From positions 1-64,000 of the forward strand of contig CAWJKV010000010.1 of the NCBI GenBank assembly GCA_963843555.1: a stretch of 64,000 nucleotides of DNA. The letters are read 5' to 3'. Position 1 is the stretch's first letter; the number at the start of each line of letters is the position of its first letter. Position numbers and translations under genes: made by a program. The DNA comes from an uncultured Methanosarcinales archaeon. GTDB taxonomy: Archaea > Halobacteriota > Methanosarcinia > Methanotrichales > Methanotrichaceae. Positions 1-10,324 of the stretch are shown here, piece after piece. The notes under the pieces were generated by a model, which saw nothing but the letters and a program-made list of their open reading frames with translations, made no database searches and was not told the DNA's origin.

Positions 1-1776
1 TTCTTGCCTCACGTAAGGCGGATTGCCAATCACGACATCGAAGCCGCCTCTTTGGAAGACCTCCGGAAACTCCTTCTCCCAGTCAAAGGGATTGATCCTC
101 TCGATCTCCTCCTGCCCCATGCCCGGATTGTCATTCAGGATATCCCAGCCGATCAACGAATTGCCGCACTTGATGTTATTGCTCAGGTCGGGCAATGCCC
201 TTTCCTGGAAGAGCGTCAGCTGCTTGGAGATCGTCTCCTCGTTCTCTCCTTCCAGCACCTTCAGCAAGAGGGAGAGCTTTGTCACCTCCACCGCCTGCCG
301 GTCGATGTCCACGCCATAGATATTGTTCAGCAGAATTCGCTTTCGCTCTGCAGTGGTCAGCCTCCACTCCCCGCCCCGGCCCTGGAAGATGGGCAGCTCA
401 GGATCTCTTGTGCGTCCCTTCTTGCCTTTGGCAGCAGTTGCCCTCGGAAGCAGCCTCCTGATCTCCGATTTCTGGCCGCTCTGCATCAAGGGCACAACGT
501 TTTGGATATACCATTCCTTATGCCAGTCCAGCAGGTGCTGGTAGGCCACAATGAGAAAGGACCCTGAACCGCATGCTGGATCCAGGACGCTGACCGGCAC
601 CATTTCCAGCGGCGTCTTGCCCAACAGCTTTTCACCAAGCGTGTTTCCAACGATGTATTCCACAATATAGGAGGGCGTGTACTTGACCCCGCCTGCCTTC
701 TTTACCTCAGGCTTATCCTCCACCACAGCGCCATGGCCGTCGGTGAGCCGTATCACCTTGCCGAGGAATTGCTCGTAAATCTGCCCCAGGATCTCTGCCG
801 GAAGGACCGAGAACTCATAAGGGCTTTCAGGGAAGTAGAGGCGTTTGATGATATCCTTCAGGGTCTTGTCGTCGATATTCAGATTGAGGGTGATGTTATC
901 CGGACTATCCCGGCCCGATTCCTTATTGAAGTGGAATATTCCCGAGTTGTAGCGTTCATCGGCCTGCAGGAAAAGCTCACACAGCCTGGGGTAGACCCTC
1001 TCGCCGTTGAGCAAATCCTTGAGGCGCATGTACCTCTCAATTCCCCGGTCCTCGCAGATGCGCAGGAATATTATCCGATCTATGATGGCCTGGACTGCAT
1101 AGTTGAGGCTCATGGTATCGAGCATAGGGTTGCGCAAAGCGATGTTCTTTGCCAGCATATCACGCCATTCGGATATATCATCCAGCAATGCAGCGTCTAC
1201 CCTTTTATCGCCCCGTTTTTGCGGCAGAGAGCTTACGTATTTGTCGAGCGATCCATTCAAGACGGCTTCTCTTGAGAATAGGGCTTCGATCTCCGGCCAT
1301 TTTTCGAGGTATTGGTCGTACCGGAAGTACAGAAGCCTTGACTTCGTGGGTTTGTCATCCTTGGAGGGTCTCGCGCGACAATAGTAAACCGAAAATTCCT
1401 CAAAATCGGTGAGGATGGATATGGGCAGGTCTGCGGACCAGGCATAGCGCCTTATCTGGTAGGCAGGATAGACGCCTGATTCAATGTTTATTGAAGGCCG
1501 TTTGACTTCAACGAAGAATTTTCTTTTCTCAAATAACCGGAAGCTGTAGTCTGGATTCTTGGTTTTGCCTTCCACATCGATTGCGTCTTCTTCTTTGACA
1601 TCTCTCTTATCCGGGCGGCATTCTTCTTTGTGGTAGACATCCCACCCCAATGCCTCGAAGAAAGGATTGATGAATTGCGTTCTCAGCTCAGTCTCATTGT
1701 ACTGGCTGGATCTATAGAACTCCTGGTCGCTGTCAAATTTGTCGATGAGCTCTTCAATTAGTTTGGGTGCCGCCAA
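1..1776 (-). CDS. Type IIG (Eco57I-like) restriction-modification enzyme, N-terminal part; runs off the window start
   Basis: Absent from the ORF track because it has no stop in the window. Hand translation from TTG at 1776 gives MAAPKLIEELIDKF..., an HsdR_N-like nuclease region (NPDY...FFVEVK), SAM motif VLDPACGSGSFL and N6-adenine MTase motif GFDVVIGNPPYVRQE. Confidence 0.9.
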   Translation of the reverse strand, partial: MAAPKLIEELIDKFDSDQEFYRSSQYNETELRTQFINPFFEALGWDVYHKEECRPDKRDVKEEDAIDVEGKTKNPDYSFRLFEKRKFFVEVKRPSINIESGVYPAYQIRRYAWSADLPISILTDFEEFSVYYCRARPSKDDKPTKSRLLYFRYDQYLEKWPEIEALFSREAVLNGSLDKYVSSLPQKRGDKRVDAALLDDISEWRDMLAKNIALRNPMLDTMSLNYAVQAIIDRIIFLRICEDRGIERYMRLKDLLNGERVYPRLCELFLQADERYNSGIFHFNKESGRDSPDNITLNLNIDDKTLKDIIKRLYFPESPYEFSVLPAEILGQIYEQFLGKVIRLTDGHGAVVEDKPEVKKAGGVKYTPSYIVEYIVGNTLGEKLLGKTPLEMVPVSVLDPACGSGSFLIVAYQHLLDWHKEWYIQNVVPLMQSGQKSEIRRLLPRATAAKGKKGRTRDPELPIFQGRGGEWRLTTAERKRILLNNIYGVDIDRQAVEVTKLSLLLKVLEGENEETISKQLTLFQERALPDLSNNIKCGNSLIGWDILNDNPGMGQEEIERINPFDWEKEFPEVFQRGGFDVVIGNPPYVRQE

Positions 1777-2338
1777 TTATCTCTCCTCTGGTGCATCAGA
1801 CAATCGCTCAGGCGAAAAAGCTTTGCATCAAACATACATAAGTTAAGAAAACAGTAAGGCTGCATTGAAGATGCCAGCAGAGATAATCGCAGCCTCTGAC
1901 TGCTTGCGGACTGGGTGGAAAAAGGATTCAGGTCGAGACACTGCCCCGAATTATTTTTGATGTCAACACGACTATTTAGCGGAGGCACTGCATTTGGATC
2001 TATTCACCAGGGCACTGCTGGCAATTCCCAAAACACCCTCAGCTAGCCTTTCGCTCCGATCTGTACCATATCTTTATATCGTTGAATGACGAAGTAGTTA
2101 TGGGCAAAAGCCGGCCAAGATTATTTCCTCCTACATGTTTCATCATCGGCTTTGCCCATCCCTCCCATTTTCTCCTTGCAGCTATCCCTCCAGCAGCCGG
2201 CTTTTTGCGCCCGGGATGGAACCTGCCGTTCAGCCTTTCCCCTGCATGGATCCCCAAAAAATCCGCTTCCAGGCGCCGGTAAAATCTCTTCAAAATCAAA
2301 AGAGTAAGAAAGATCGTAAAACCTGATCCCTGGTTCAC

Positions 2339-2968
2339 TCAAAGCTTCACGGCCGTTGCATTTCCATTCACCCCGGACTGCTCGCCTGACCTCAGGACAT
2401 AAGTTCCCGACAGAGTATTGTTCACCATAACCAGGTCGAGATCATACTCATCAGTTTCCTGGCTGTTGTATTCCGGTGTGGCCGACTTTGTGGACAATAT
2501 AAGCTCCTGCCCGATTACAGATCCGCTGGCTGTCACGGAGTGCTGTGCGCTTCCTTCGTTAAGAGTGCCATAACCCATGATTCTATTTCCGCTGGACGAC
2601 CATAGGTTCAGGTCAAGAGATCTGCCGCTTCCTTCATCAAGCTTTATCGACCATCGGCCGCTTACGTCCATTGGTGTGTCCTCTTGCGGTATTTGAATCG
2701 TTTGGGTCTGATTGTTGCTCATATTGCCGGTTTGGTTGAGAATCTGGTCTGCGCTGTTGTCTGGCTTGACAGGCTGCTTGGGTTTTGGATCAGGCATATC
2801 CATATTCGGAGTGATGCGAGGCTGTGGCATATCCATGTTCGGCACACTCATGCTCGGCACTGCGATTGCACCAGGCTCAATAGCATAAGCCTGAATAGAT
2901 ATACATATACATGTCAGCAATATAGCTGATACCAGTATGCCAGACAATCTCATCCTGCCAATCTCCAT
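2339..2968 (-). CDS. Secreted protein with Pro/Met-rich linker and C-terminal beta-rich domain
   Basis: Signal-peptide-like N-terminus; DVSGRWSIKL... domain shared with 17596-18147 and 18320-19040. Confidence 0.75.
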   Translation of the reverse strand: MEIGRMRLSGILVSAILLTCICISIQAYAIEPGAIAVPSMSVPNMDMPQPRITPNMDMPDPKPKQPVKPDNSADQILNQTGNMSNNQTQTIQIPQEDTPMDVSGRWSIKLDEGSGRSLDLNLWSSSGNRIMGYGTLNEGSAQHSVTASGSVIGQELILSTKSATPEYNSQETDEYDLDLVMVNNTLSGTYVLRSGEQSGVNGNATAVKL

Positions 2969-3000
2969 CTAAAGGGTAGTGACACGCAATCAATTTTAAA

Positions 3001-3142
3001 GGTTGCCCTGACCGAGATAGATCCAGGCTCCGGACCGCAGGGGAATCCTGACAATCCTGCTCGACTGGAACGCGGCCGGCGGCGAGAACGGCCTCTGGCG
3101 AGCGGATGGCCTCCTGCGCGGACGGAGAGCACCTCGGGCTCC
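3001..3142 (+). ncRNA. Candidate structured RNA: long imperfect GC-rich hairpin
   Basis: Nested pairings 3012-3016/3133-3137, 3028-3032/3123-3127, 3037-3043/3111-3117, 3059-3063/3099-3103 and 3074-3078/3089-3093, set in an AT-rich intergenic background. Confidence 0.45.
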
Positions 3143-3253
3143 AATATCATTCTTTCTTTTGTATCTTATTCATACTTTCTATTATGTAAAAATGGTTTGT
3201 TGATATCTTTTTCCGGCAAAACTACTTATGCTTACACGTAGTATTATGATTCT

Positions 3254-3484
3254 ATGGCAGGTGTCCTTGGGGTGCTGACTAAGCAGCAGAAGAAGACAAT
3301 GTATCACTCTGATCCAAAGGCCATGGAGCTGGAGACTGCCAAGGAGATCCTGGCAGAGGTCTTCCGGATCAGGATCTCGGAAGTGGAAGAGATGATCCAG
3401 AATCGATTTGAGAAAGCTCTCATCCCGGAGGTTCACCATGAAGAAAATGGGCAATGGCCGCAGGAGTTCCGGCTGGATGGGTAA
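3254..3484 (+). CDS. Small hypothetical protein
   Basis: Helical acidic ORF (ELETAKEILAEVF...SEVEEMIQNRFE); start may be the GTG near 3272. Confidence 0.6.
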   Translation: MAGVLGVLTKQQKKTMYHSDPKAMELETAKEILAEVFRIRISEVEEMIQNRFEKALIPEVHHEENGQWPQEFRLDG

Positions 3485-3580
3485 GGTTTCTTCATTCTTT
3501 TCTTTGCTTAAGAAAAATATTTATATGTTGGTGCCAAACGATTTTCGAGCAAATTATTTTATGCGGCGGTGATCGAATAG

Positions 3581-3967
3581 ATGTCAAGAAATGCAATAAT
3601 GTTTGGAGTTCTTCTGGCCCTGATAGCGCTGGCATGCGCCTCCACTGCATCGGATGAGGTCGTATCAGCTAACGAATTTGCAACAGCTCCTGCTGGAATT
3701 GCTGCAATTATGCCCTGCACGAATACAGCGTCAGGGATACCATATGGCATCGCGACTCTGTATTGGGCGGAATTGATCTCACCTGGAGAGAAGGCCTTAT
3801 GGCTGTATGTCAATGGCTGCTGGCGCTCATCATATCAACCAACTGATTTGACTATGGCCTCTGTGCAGGATGCATTCAGCAATCCGGAGCATTTTCAGGT
3901 GGTTGTCTGGTATGAAGATACCAAGATCATCGGCCTGGTGGTGAGGTCTCCCATGCCTTGTGTATGA
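3581..3967 (+). CDS. Secreted hypothetical protein
   Basis: 128 aa ORF with a signal-peptide-like N-terminus. Confidence 0.65.
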   Translation: MSRNAIMFGVLLALIALACASTASDEVVSANEFATAPAGIAAIMPCTNTASGIPYGIATLYWAELISPGEKALWLYVNGCWRSSYQPTDLTMASVQDAFSNPEHFQVVVWYEDTKIIGLVVRSPMPCV

Positions 3968-4204
3968 TTCAGGGAGCCATTCACTTCAACTCCTCGAAAA
4001 GGTGGGCTGGTGATGTGCCTGCCTCCTTTTCAACTAGGAGTTCTTTGACTTCGAAATATCTAAATAGTAATGAGCACAAATAATTAATTTTGTCGCAAAG
4101 GAAATCGAGGGAGGAATGAGGGGAGATATGTTTGCAGAACGTCCTCTCGTTTATCAAATGTCCGCTTATAATTATTTGTAAATGTATTAACAGACGGTGA
4201 AATT

Positions 4205-4648
4205 ATGGCAAACCAAGATCAGATGGATTTGGCAAATCCCGGGGCCATGGCATATCAGGGAATAAGGATAAGGTTTGTATCGTTGCTGATAGACAGCATA
4301 ATCATTGGCTTCATAATTGGAATAATAGGAGCTGTCCTGGGCGTTGAGATGATGGAAAACGGGACTGCTCCTTGGGCTTGGGGTTTATTCTCTTTCATCA
4401 TCTTCATAGGCTACTTCACATACATGGAAGGATCGCGGGGCCAGACCATCGGCAAGATGATCACCAGGATAAAGGTCGTCCAGGAAGATGGCAGGCCCAT
4501 AGACATGAACCAGTCTTTTAAAAGAAATATCCTTCGCATAATTGACGGCCTTTTCTTCTACTTAGTCGGTGCAATATTGGTTTGGCGCTCCGATAAAAGA
4601 CAGAGGCTGGGTGACAGCGTGGCCAAGACCGTTGTCGTGAAAGCCTAA
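4205..4648 (+). CDS. RDD family membrane protein
   Basis: R..S.LID, GQTIGK and QRLGD motifs; TM helices. Confidence 0.9.
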   Translation: MANQDQMDLANPGAMAYQGIRIRFVSLLIDSIIIGFIIGIIGAVLGVEMMENGTAPWAWGLFSFIIFIGYFTYMEGSRGQTIGKMITRIKVVQEDGRPIDMNQSFKRNILRIIDGLFFYLVGAILVWRSDKRQRLGDSVAKTVVVKA

Positions 4649-4710
4649 AAAAAGAGAATTGCATCGTGATCATGGATCGACCGGTAAAACGGCCTTTCCA
4701 TAAATTTTCC

Positions 4711-5220
4711 TCAATAATCAAAGTCCGAGCACTGCCCTTCCCGGAACCTGTAAATCAAATAGTCTCCGAAGGGGTTCTCCTCTTCGTCCATAGCCAGGAA
4801 CTGGCCTCTGTCCACTTCATCAACTGCTGCATCGATCAAGCTCTCCAGGTCGCCGCACTTTGTAACTATGCTTAAGAGAGCCTCATTCAGGATTTCTGTC
4901 TCCAATTCCTCATCCAATATCTCGCAGAGCCTATCTACAACTTGCACATCCCCAGGCGAAAGATTTGCCGTCTGGCCGATAAAAACCGAATCTAGATCCC
5001 CGAGATTGTGCTCGAAACATCCACGAATTCCAGCATTGACTTCTTCCTCTGTGCCCACCAGATAGATCATACCTCTGGCCTGGAGAGTCGTTACATCGTT
5101 GATGCGAGAGGAGCAGGCGTTTATCTCATTGGGGTTTATCTGAAGATAATCAGCCAGGGCCTGTCTTCGTTTGTCCAGATCTATCAGCTCCATCTTCTCG
5201 ATCTCTTCATCGCTTTCCAC
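4711..5220 (-). CDS. Acidic hypothetical protein
   Basis: 169 aa ORF with RBS-like GAGGTGA upstream. Confidence 0.7.
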   Translation of the reverse strand: MESDEEIEKMELIDLDKRRQALADYLQINPNEINACSSRINDVTTLQARGMIYLVGTEEEVNAGIRGCFEHNLGDLDSVFIGQTANLSPGDVQVVDRLCEILDEELETEILNEALLSIVTKCGDLESLIDAAVDEVDRGQFLAMDEEENPFGDYLIYRFREGQCSDFDY

Positions 5221-5357
5221 TTAAAATCACCTCAAAAGGGCAGATTGGCATCAATCCACCAATCCTCATCTAAAACATAATTATGTGAGATTCAAATTTA
5301 TAATTTGCGATCCGAATGACAATGAATGAACTTTCCAAGTGCACAATAGAAGAAAAG

Positions 5358-5391
5358 GCTTCCCTCGCAGCAAGCTGCGGGGGTAGTTGCC
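5358..5391 (+). mobile_element. Orphan IS200/IS605-type end hairpin (remnant)
   Basis: CCCTCGCAG-CAAG-CTGCGGGGG followed by TAGTTGCC resembles the hairpin+GGGGTAGTTGAC/TTCAC ends of IS605-family elements; no transposase nearby. Confidence 0.45.
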
Positions 5392-5771
5392 GCCGTCTTT
5401 ACTGCCGCTAGATCTAATGAGCCTTGAGATTTAGATTGCGATTTAAATATGATGCTAATCGTTGCCATGCGGACGGATTCTACTTGTCCAAGTAACGCCT
5501 TAGTTTGGAGGTCGTAGGTTCCATCCGTTTCTCATCATGGTTGAAATGATGATGCATCTTTTTTGCAAACCACGAGATGGCTACCAAGGTGATCGCCAAT
5601 TTTATAAGGTTCTTTATCATTGTTCAGTTCACCCCATTACTAATATTACCCCTTAAACCTATAAGAATATGTGGGTTGCATTCTCATCAAGGCTCTAGAT
5701 GCTGAACCCGGGTTCCACCACCCAAAGCTATTTCTCAATAGGCGTACATATCTATTAGGGAGGGCTTCATC

Positions 5772-6200
5772 TTGAAGAGAGGACTTATTCTTATATTGAT
5801 AGTATTGAGCTTATCGGAGGTTCAGGGATCTGTAGGATTCAATACGACGATAATGGAATCGGGCTTTGATATGAAAGGCACAATCACAAACATACTTTCA
5901 CCTTCGAGCATTGTAATTGGGAACTACGTGGTTAACCTGGAGGGAGTGGACCCCTCCGGTCTCTATGGGCCAACATACTTCTACCTGATGGAAGACTTGA
6001 AGAGCTATTATATCGGCAAGGATGTGCTCGTGAAAGGAAATTATGTATATTTCGATCTGAATGGAGCCTATAATTCGCAAAGTCTAAACGAGATGATTCA
6101 AAACAAAATTTCGGACTTGCAGATGGGACAGAATTACAGCAAACGGTATTATGGAGGGTATTATAAACTGTCATCCGGATTATATTATACAGGATATTAG
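5772..6200 (+). CDS. Secreted hypothetical protein, possibly SNase-like OB fold
   Basis: Signal peptide; GTITNILSP...VNLEGVD pattern; Tyr/Gly-rich tail. Confidence 0.6.
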   Translation: MKRGLILILIVLSLSEVQGSVGFNTTIMESGFDMKGTITNILSPSSIVIGNYVVNLEGVDPSGLYGPTYFYLMEDLKSYYIGKDVLVKGNYVYFDLNGAYNSQSLNEMIQNKISDLQMGQNYSKRYYGGYYKLSSGLYYTGY

Positions 6201-6342
6201 AAGATGGTATTAAAGAAAGGTTGTTGGATTGGAAGGTATTCGGGAAAGAGTCCTGCCCTTTGGGACGGTCTTCAATAATGTTTCGATTACTATTTTCAGA
6301 TAGTAATCAAAAAAGTAATTTTCATTGGAGGCTCTTTCCCGG

Positions 6343-7104
6343 TCATTGGAAATCTATTGTCCTTTCTGGCACCTTTCCCGGAACCGCCGCTGCTATATTT
6401 TCATTCTCCTGGAAACCCTTACTGGACGGATCAAGTTCACTGGCTTTCTCAGAGCTATTGATAGCTTCCGTAACATTGTTCAGCTTCATCTGGATAAGTC
6501 TTTTATCATTCCAGGCATCAGCATTTTGGGGATTGAGCTCAATCGCTTTTTCCAGAGATTGCAAAGATTCCTCATACCTCTCAGTCAACATGAGAACATG
6601 ACCCTGGCGGTACCATGCCCTTTCGAGAGAGGGATCCAGAGTTGTGGCCTGGCCATAGGCTTCCAGAGCCTCGCTGTACCTCTCCATCTTTTCCAGAACC
6701 ATGCCTTTGTTGAACCAGATGTTGGCATTCTTGGAGTTTATCTGCAAAGCCGTATTCAGAGAATCCAGAGCCTCATCATCACGCCTCATCCCTCCAGACA
6801 GGATCAGAGCGCGGTCGTTGTAGGCCTGATAATTGGAGCTGTCTAGCTGAATGATCTGGTCAAAGCTGTCTACAGCGTCGCTGTATCTTTTCATCTTAAT
6901 CAAGAGATTGGCCTTGAAGTTCCAGGCCCACAGATCGCTGGAGTTGATCTCCAAATATTCTTCGATATCATCCAGGGCTAGTGAGTAGGAGCCGTTATTG
7001 TAATCGCTCTCAGTTTGGGCAAGCCAATACTGGGCATCCTGGCTCATGGCGGGTAGAATGGACATCAGGGACAAGGCCAGAAGAAAGATGGCTATGGACT
7101 TCAT
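6343..7104 (-). CDS. Secreted TPR protein
   Basis: Signal peptide plus several 34-aa TPR repeats (W.NKG..L...Y.EAL). Confidence 0.9.
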   Translation of the reverse strand: MKSIAIFLLALSLMSILPAMSQDAQYWLAQTESDYNNGSYSLALDDIEEYLEINSSDLWAWNFKANLLIKMKRYSDAVDSFDQIIQLDSSNYQAYNDRALILSGGMRRDDEALDSLNTALQINSKNANIWFNKGMVLEKMERYSEALEAYGQATTLDPSLERAWYRQGHVLMLTERYEESLQSLEKAIELNPQNADAWNDKRLIQMKLNNVTEAINSSEKASELDPSSKGFQENENIAAAVPGKVPERTIDFQ

Positions 7105-7236
7105 GCTTCCAAATGTATTCGAATAAGTGGATATAGCTTGCGGTCAACTATTGTTATGTGCATAGTTTTGAATCAGGATATTAGGATGCATTTGCCATGA
7201 AATTAATTAATTCTTTAAAAAGAGGTGAAGGTCGCT

Positions 7237-8046
7237 TCAGAGGACGACCTTCTCTGCCTCTTCTGGGGTAAAGCCGCTGTGGACGACTGTGCTCAGCTTC
7301 TTGACCAATAACGTGGGGTCCTGCGCCTGGAAGACGTTGCGGCCGAAGGCTACACCTGCTCCCCCGACCATTATGGCATCGTAGACCATCTGCAAGAGGT
7401 CTCTCTCCGTGTCCATCTTGGGTCCGCCGGCAATGATAACAGGCACGCTGCAGCCCTTTATGACTTCCTGAAAAGTTTCTGGCGAGCCGGTGTAGTTGGT
7501 TTTAACTATATCCGCCCCCAGCTCTGAACCGATGCGAGCGGCGAGTTTGACGTACTCCACGCCGTGCTCAGACTGAACCTTTGGCCCGCGAGGGTACATC
7601 ATGGCAATAAGAGGCATGCCCCATAAGTCGCAGGTGCGTGCCACTCTGCCTAAATCGTGTAGCATTTCCGCTTCGTCATCAGCGCCGACATTGACATGGA
7701 TGCTAACCGCATCTGCTCCTACTCTTATGGCGTCCTCCACATCAGTCACCAGAACCTTGTGGTTGGGGTCGGGCCCGAGAGAGCTGGATGCAGAGAGGTG
7801 AATGATCAGTCCTACATCGCGTCCATAGCCTCGATGACCGTGCAGTGGCAAGCCCATATGTCCCAGAACGGCATTAGCTCCGCCTTCAGCCACTTTGTCC
7901 ACTGTGGCGAGCATGTCAATCAGTCCGGCAATAGGACCAACAGAGATGCCATGATCCATGGGAACTATAACCGTTCTGTGAGTCCTGCGATCCAGGATGC
8001 GTTCCAGCCTGATCGCCTTTCCTATCTTGCTCATGGCCAAATGCAT
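7237..8046 (-). CDS. aroA': 2-amino-3,7-dideoxy-D-threo-hept-6-ulosonate synthase (class I aldolase, DhnA family)
   Basis: [23 protein letters not shown] and AGGPK motifs; likely start MSKIGK near 8034. Confidence 0.85.
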   Translation of the reverse strand: MHLAMSKIGKAIRLERILDRRTHRTVIVPMDHGISVGPIAGLIDMLATVDKVAEGGANAVLGHMGLPLHGHRGYGRDVGLIIHLSASSSLGPDPNHKVLVTDVEDAIRVGADAVSIHVNVGADDEAEMLHDLGRVARTCDLWGMPLIAMMYPRGPKVQSEHGVEYVKLAARIGSELGADIVKTNYTGSPETFQEVIKGCSVPVIIAGGPKMDTERDLLQMVYDAIMVGGAGVAFGRNVFQAQDPTLLVKKLSTVVHSGFTPEEAEKVVL

Positions 8047-8178
8047 GTGAATACTAAGATTAAAGATGATGGTCGCGCAGGCAATTGTCTTTCTTCCCGA
8101 AGGCCTATCCCAGAAAAGTCCCCAGACTTCAACCGCGTGCTTTAATATCTTTGGACACTATACATAAATGGGGATTAC

Positions 8179-8877
8179 ATGAAGTGGTTAGCTGTCATAT
8201 TCTGCATTTTGATCTTTGGGCCTATGGCAATTGCGCAGGATGCGGAACACACTATAACTATGTTTGGCGAGGGAACGGAGACTGTTCCCGCAGATACCGC
8301 TATGATTTCCGTCTCAGTCGAGAGCAGCAATGAAAATATGACCGAGGCCCAGGCTGAGGTCCAAGAGAAGATGGACCATCTGCTGGATCTCCTGAAGAAG
8401 GCAGGAGTCGGAGATGAGGATATTCTGCCAGGCCAGTCCAGCGGGATTTCCAGCTTTCAGTCCAGCAGCAAGGTCTGCAAAACAGTGAACAACACTACGG
8501 TATGTGAGAATAATACGCAAAAAGCCTCTTCTCTGCAAAGGTCGACTGTAGTCCGTCTTAAGACTACCGATGAGTCCAGGATAAACCAGGTGCTGGATGC
8601 AGCCAGGTCCGCAGGGGCGGATGCATATGTAGCTGCATACAGCCTGAGCGATAGCAGCAAGGCTATGGCCGAAGCTCGCCAGAAAGCCATGGCAAATGCC
8701 AGGGAGAATGCGGCAGAAGTCGCAAGCGAGGCCGGCGGGAGCCTGGGAAAGGCTCTTGACGTCTCAGATTATGGCTATCCAGATGTTGAAATGGGGAGTC
8801 CCTATAGCAGCAACGGTGAAATGAAAATGATAGATGTTATCTCCCGCGTGGTTGTAACCTATGAGTTCGTAACATAA
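8179..8877 (+). CDS. SIMPL/DUF541 family secreted protein
   Basis: Signal peptide; G.G...V.AD.A.I...VE; A..NA...A..A..G..LG; C-terminal V.V.YE. Confidence 0.85.
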   Translation: MKWLAVIFCILIFGPMAIAQDAEHTITMFGEGTETVPADTAMISVSVESSNENMTEAQAEVQEKMDHLLDLLKKAGVGDEDILPGQSSGISSFQSSSKVCKTVNNTTVCENNTQKASSLQRSTVVRLKTTDESRINQVLDAARSAGADAYVAAYSLSDSSKAMAEARQKAMANARENAAEVASEAGGSLGKALDVSDYGYPDVEMGSPYSSNGEMKMIDVISRVVVTYEFVT

Positions 8878-8985
8878 CGGGGAACGGCATCATTTTTTAA
8901 TATATTTCTTTCATATCTTAATAAGATCCAACCGTACGACGATCTGCCGAGGAAAATCTATAAGGCGCTTTAGGACCATTTCATA

Positions 8986-9699
8986 ATGGGGTTTAATATG
9001 AAAAATTCAAGTATTGTGCTTCTAGGGATGATTCTGCTGTTTCTGGCGATACCTTCTGCCATGGCGGCAGAGGAGAATAATGTGTCCAAGCTAACAGTAC
9101 AGGGTGAAGGGAAGGTGACCATAGCTCCGGATATGGCGACAATCGTGCTGGGCGTGGAGACCCGCAATGCCAGCGCTGCAGGAGCCGTCCAGGAAAATGC
9201 CGGCTTGATGAACGAGACCATCAATGCCCTGCTGGCTGCAGGAATTGCCGAGAATGCTATCCAGACCAGCAGTTTCAGCCTGACCACAATGCCTGAGGAA
9301 GAGCCCAAGACGGCGAACGAAAAGCCGAAAGCTCCAATCTTCCTGGCAACCAACCAGGTCACTGTGAAGTTGAACAATACGACTGATGTGGGCCGGGTTC
9401 TGGATGCTGCAGTCTCCGCGGGCTCAAACAGCATTCAACAGGTCAGCTTCGACCTGAGAGACCCCCAGCCTCAAAAGGATGAGGCCATGATTCTGGCAAT
9501 TCAAGACGCGCAGAGAAAGGCAGAGTTGGCAGCCAGTGCGGCGAATGTCCAGCTGGGCCGTGTTCTTGAGATCACCGAAGGCTACGGATATGTAGCACCG
9601 ATGGCGAAGAGCGTTGCATATTCCGAATTTGCCACACCCATCCAGCCAGGGGAGCTTGAGATAACGTCCAGCGTGACTGCGATCTACGAGATTTCTTGA
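8986..9699 (+). CDS. SIMPL/DUF541 family secreted protein (tandem paralog)
   Basis: VQGEGKVTIAPDMATIVLGVET and PIQPGELEITSSVTAIYEI. Confidence 0.9.
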   Translation: MGFNMKNSSIVLLGMILLFLAIPSAMAAEENNVSKLTVQGEGKVTIAPDMATIVLGVETRNASAAGAVQENAGLMNETINALLAAGIAENAIQTSSFSLTTMPEEEPKTANEKPKAPIFLATNQVTVKLNNTTDVGRVLDAAVSAGSNSIQQVSFDLRDPQPQKDEAMILAIQDAQRKAELAASAANVQLGRVLEITEGYGYVAPMAKSVAYSEFATPIQPGELEITSSVTAIYEIS

Positions 9700-9764
9700 G
9701 ATGCATGGCCCCAAAGGACGATTCCTCAAGGCCCGAATCTCATTTTCATTTTTTAATTTGAATT

Positions 9765-10280
9765 TCAGCTATACATCGGCTCCGGCGGCTTTGAGACCCT
9801 ATTTGCCAGGCCCTCGCCAAAGATCTCCTGGAACTTCCAGACCACATAAAGCTCGCATTTGAAGTTCTCCCTGACGGCTTCCATCAGCTTGTTCTTGGTC
9901 AATCCATCGTAATAGATCTCTCGCGTAAAACGAATGCTTCGCATATCTGCCCCGACGGGCTCGATCTCGAAGCTCGAATCCTGGAAAAGGAGGTCATAAC
10001 GCATTCGCCAGAGAAGTTGCTCTTTCTCCCGCGGAGGCAGGGCTGAAAAGGCCTTTTGGTGAATCTCCGCGAGCATTATCCTGCTGAAAACCACAATCAT
10101 GTCTTCATGATCCCGGGGCTGAATGATTGACAAATGTCTCCCTGACGAAGCCGGAAACTCTGCTGCTATCTGATAATAAAGATTCTCGCCCGGGACCTCT
10201 TCCTTGAAGAGACCCTCCTCTGTGAGCCAGCGTTTTATCTTATCGCGGGTATCAACAACTTCCTGGGCCATCATTGTCAA
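9765..10280 (-). CDS. DUF2299 family protein
   Basis: IKRWLTEEG and IYYDGLTKNKLMEAV pattern. Confidence 0.7.
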   Translation of the reverse strand: MTMMAQEVVDTRDKIKRWLTEEGLFKEEVPGENLYYQIAAEFPASSGRHLSIIQPRDHEDMIVVFSRIMLAEIHQKAFSALPPREKEQLLWRMRYDLLFQDSSFEIEPVGADMRSIRFTREIYYDGLTKNKLMEAVRENFKCELYVVWKFQEIFGEGLANRVSKPPEPMYS

Positions 10281-10324
10281 AATCTCATCTCCTTAAAAAA
10301 AGAATGCTTCCCGGCTGCCCTGGC

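Noticed and set aside
4..1445. Plus-strand ORFs 4-567, 733-1275 and neighbours
   Set aside because: Antisense shadows of the minus-strand type IIG RM gene.
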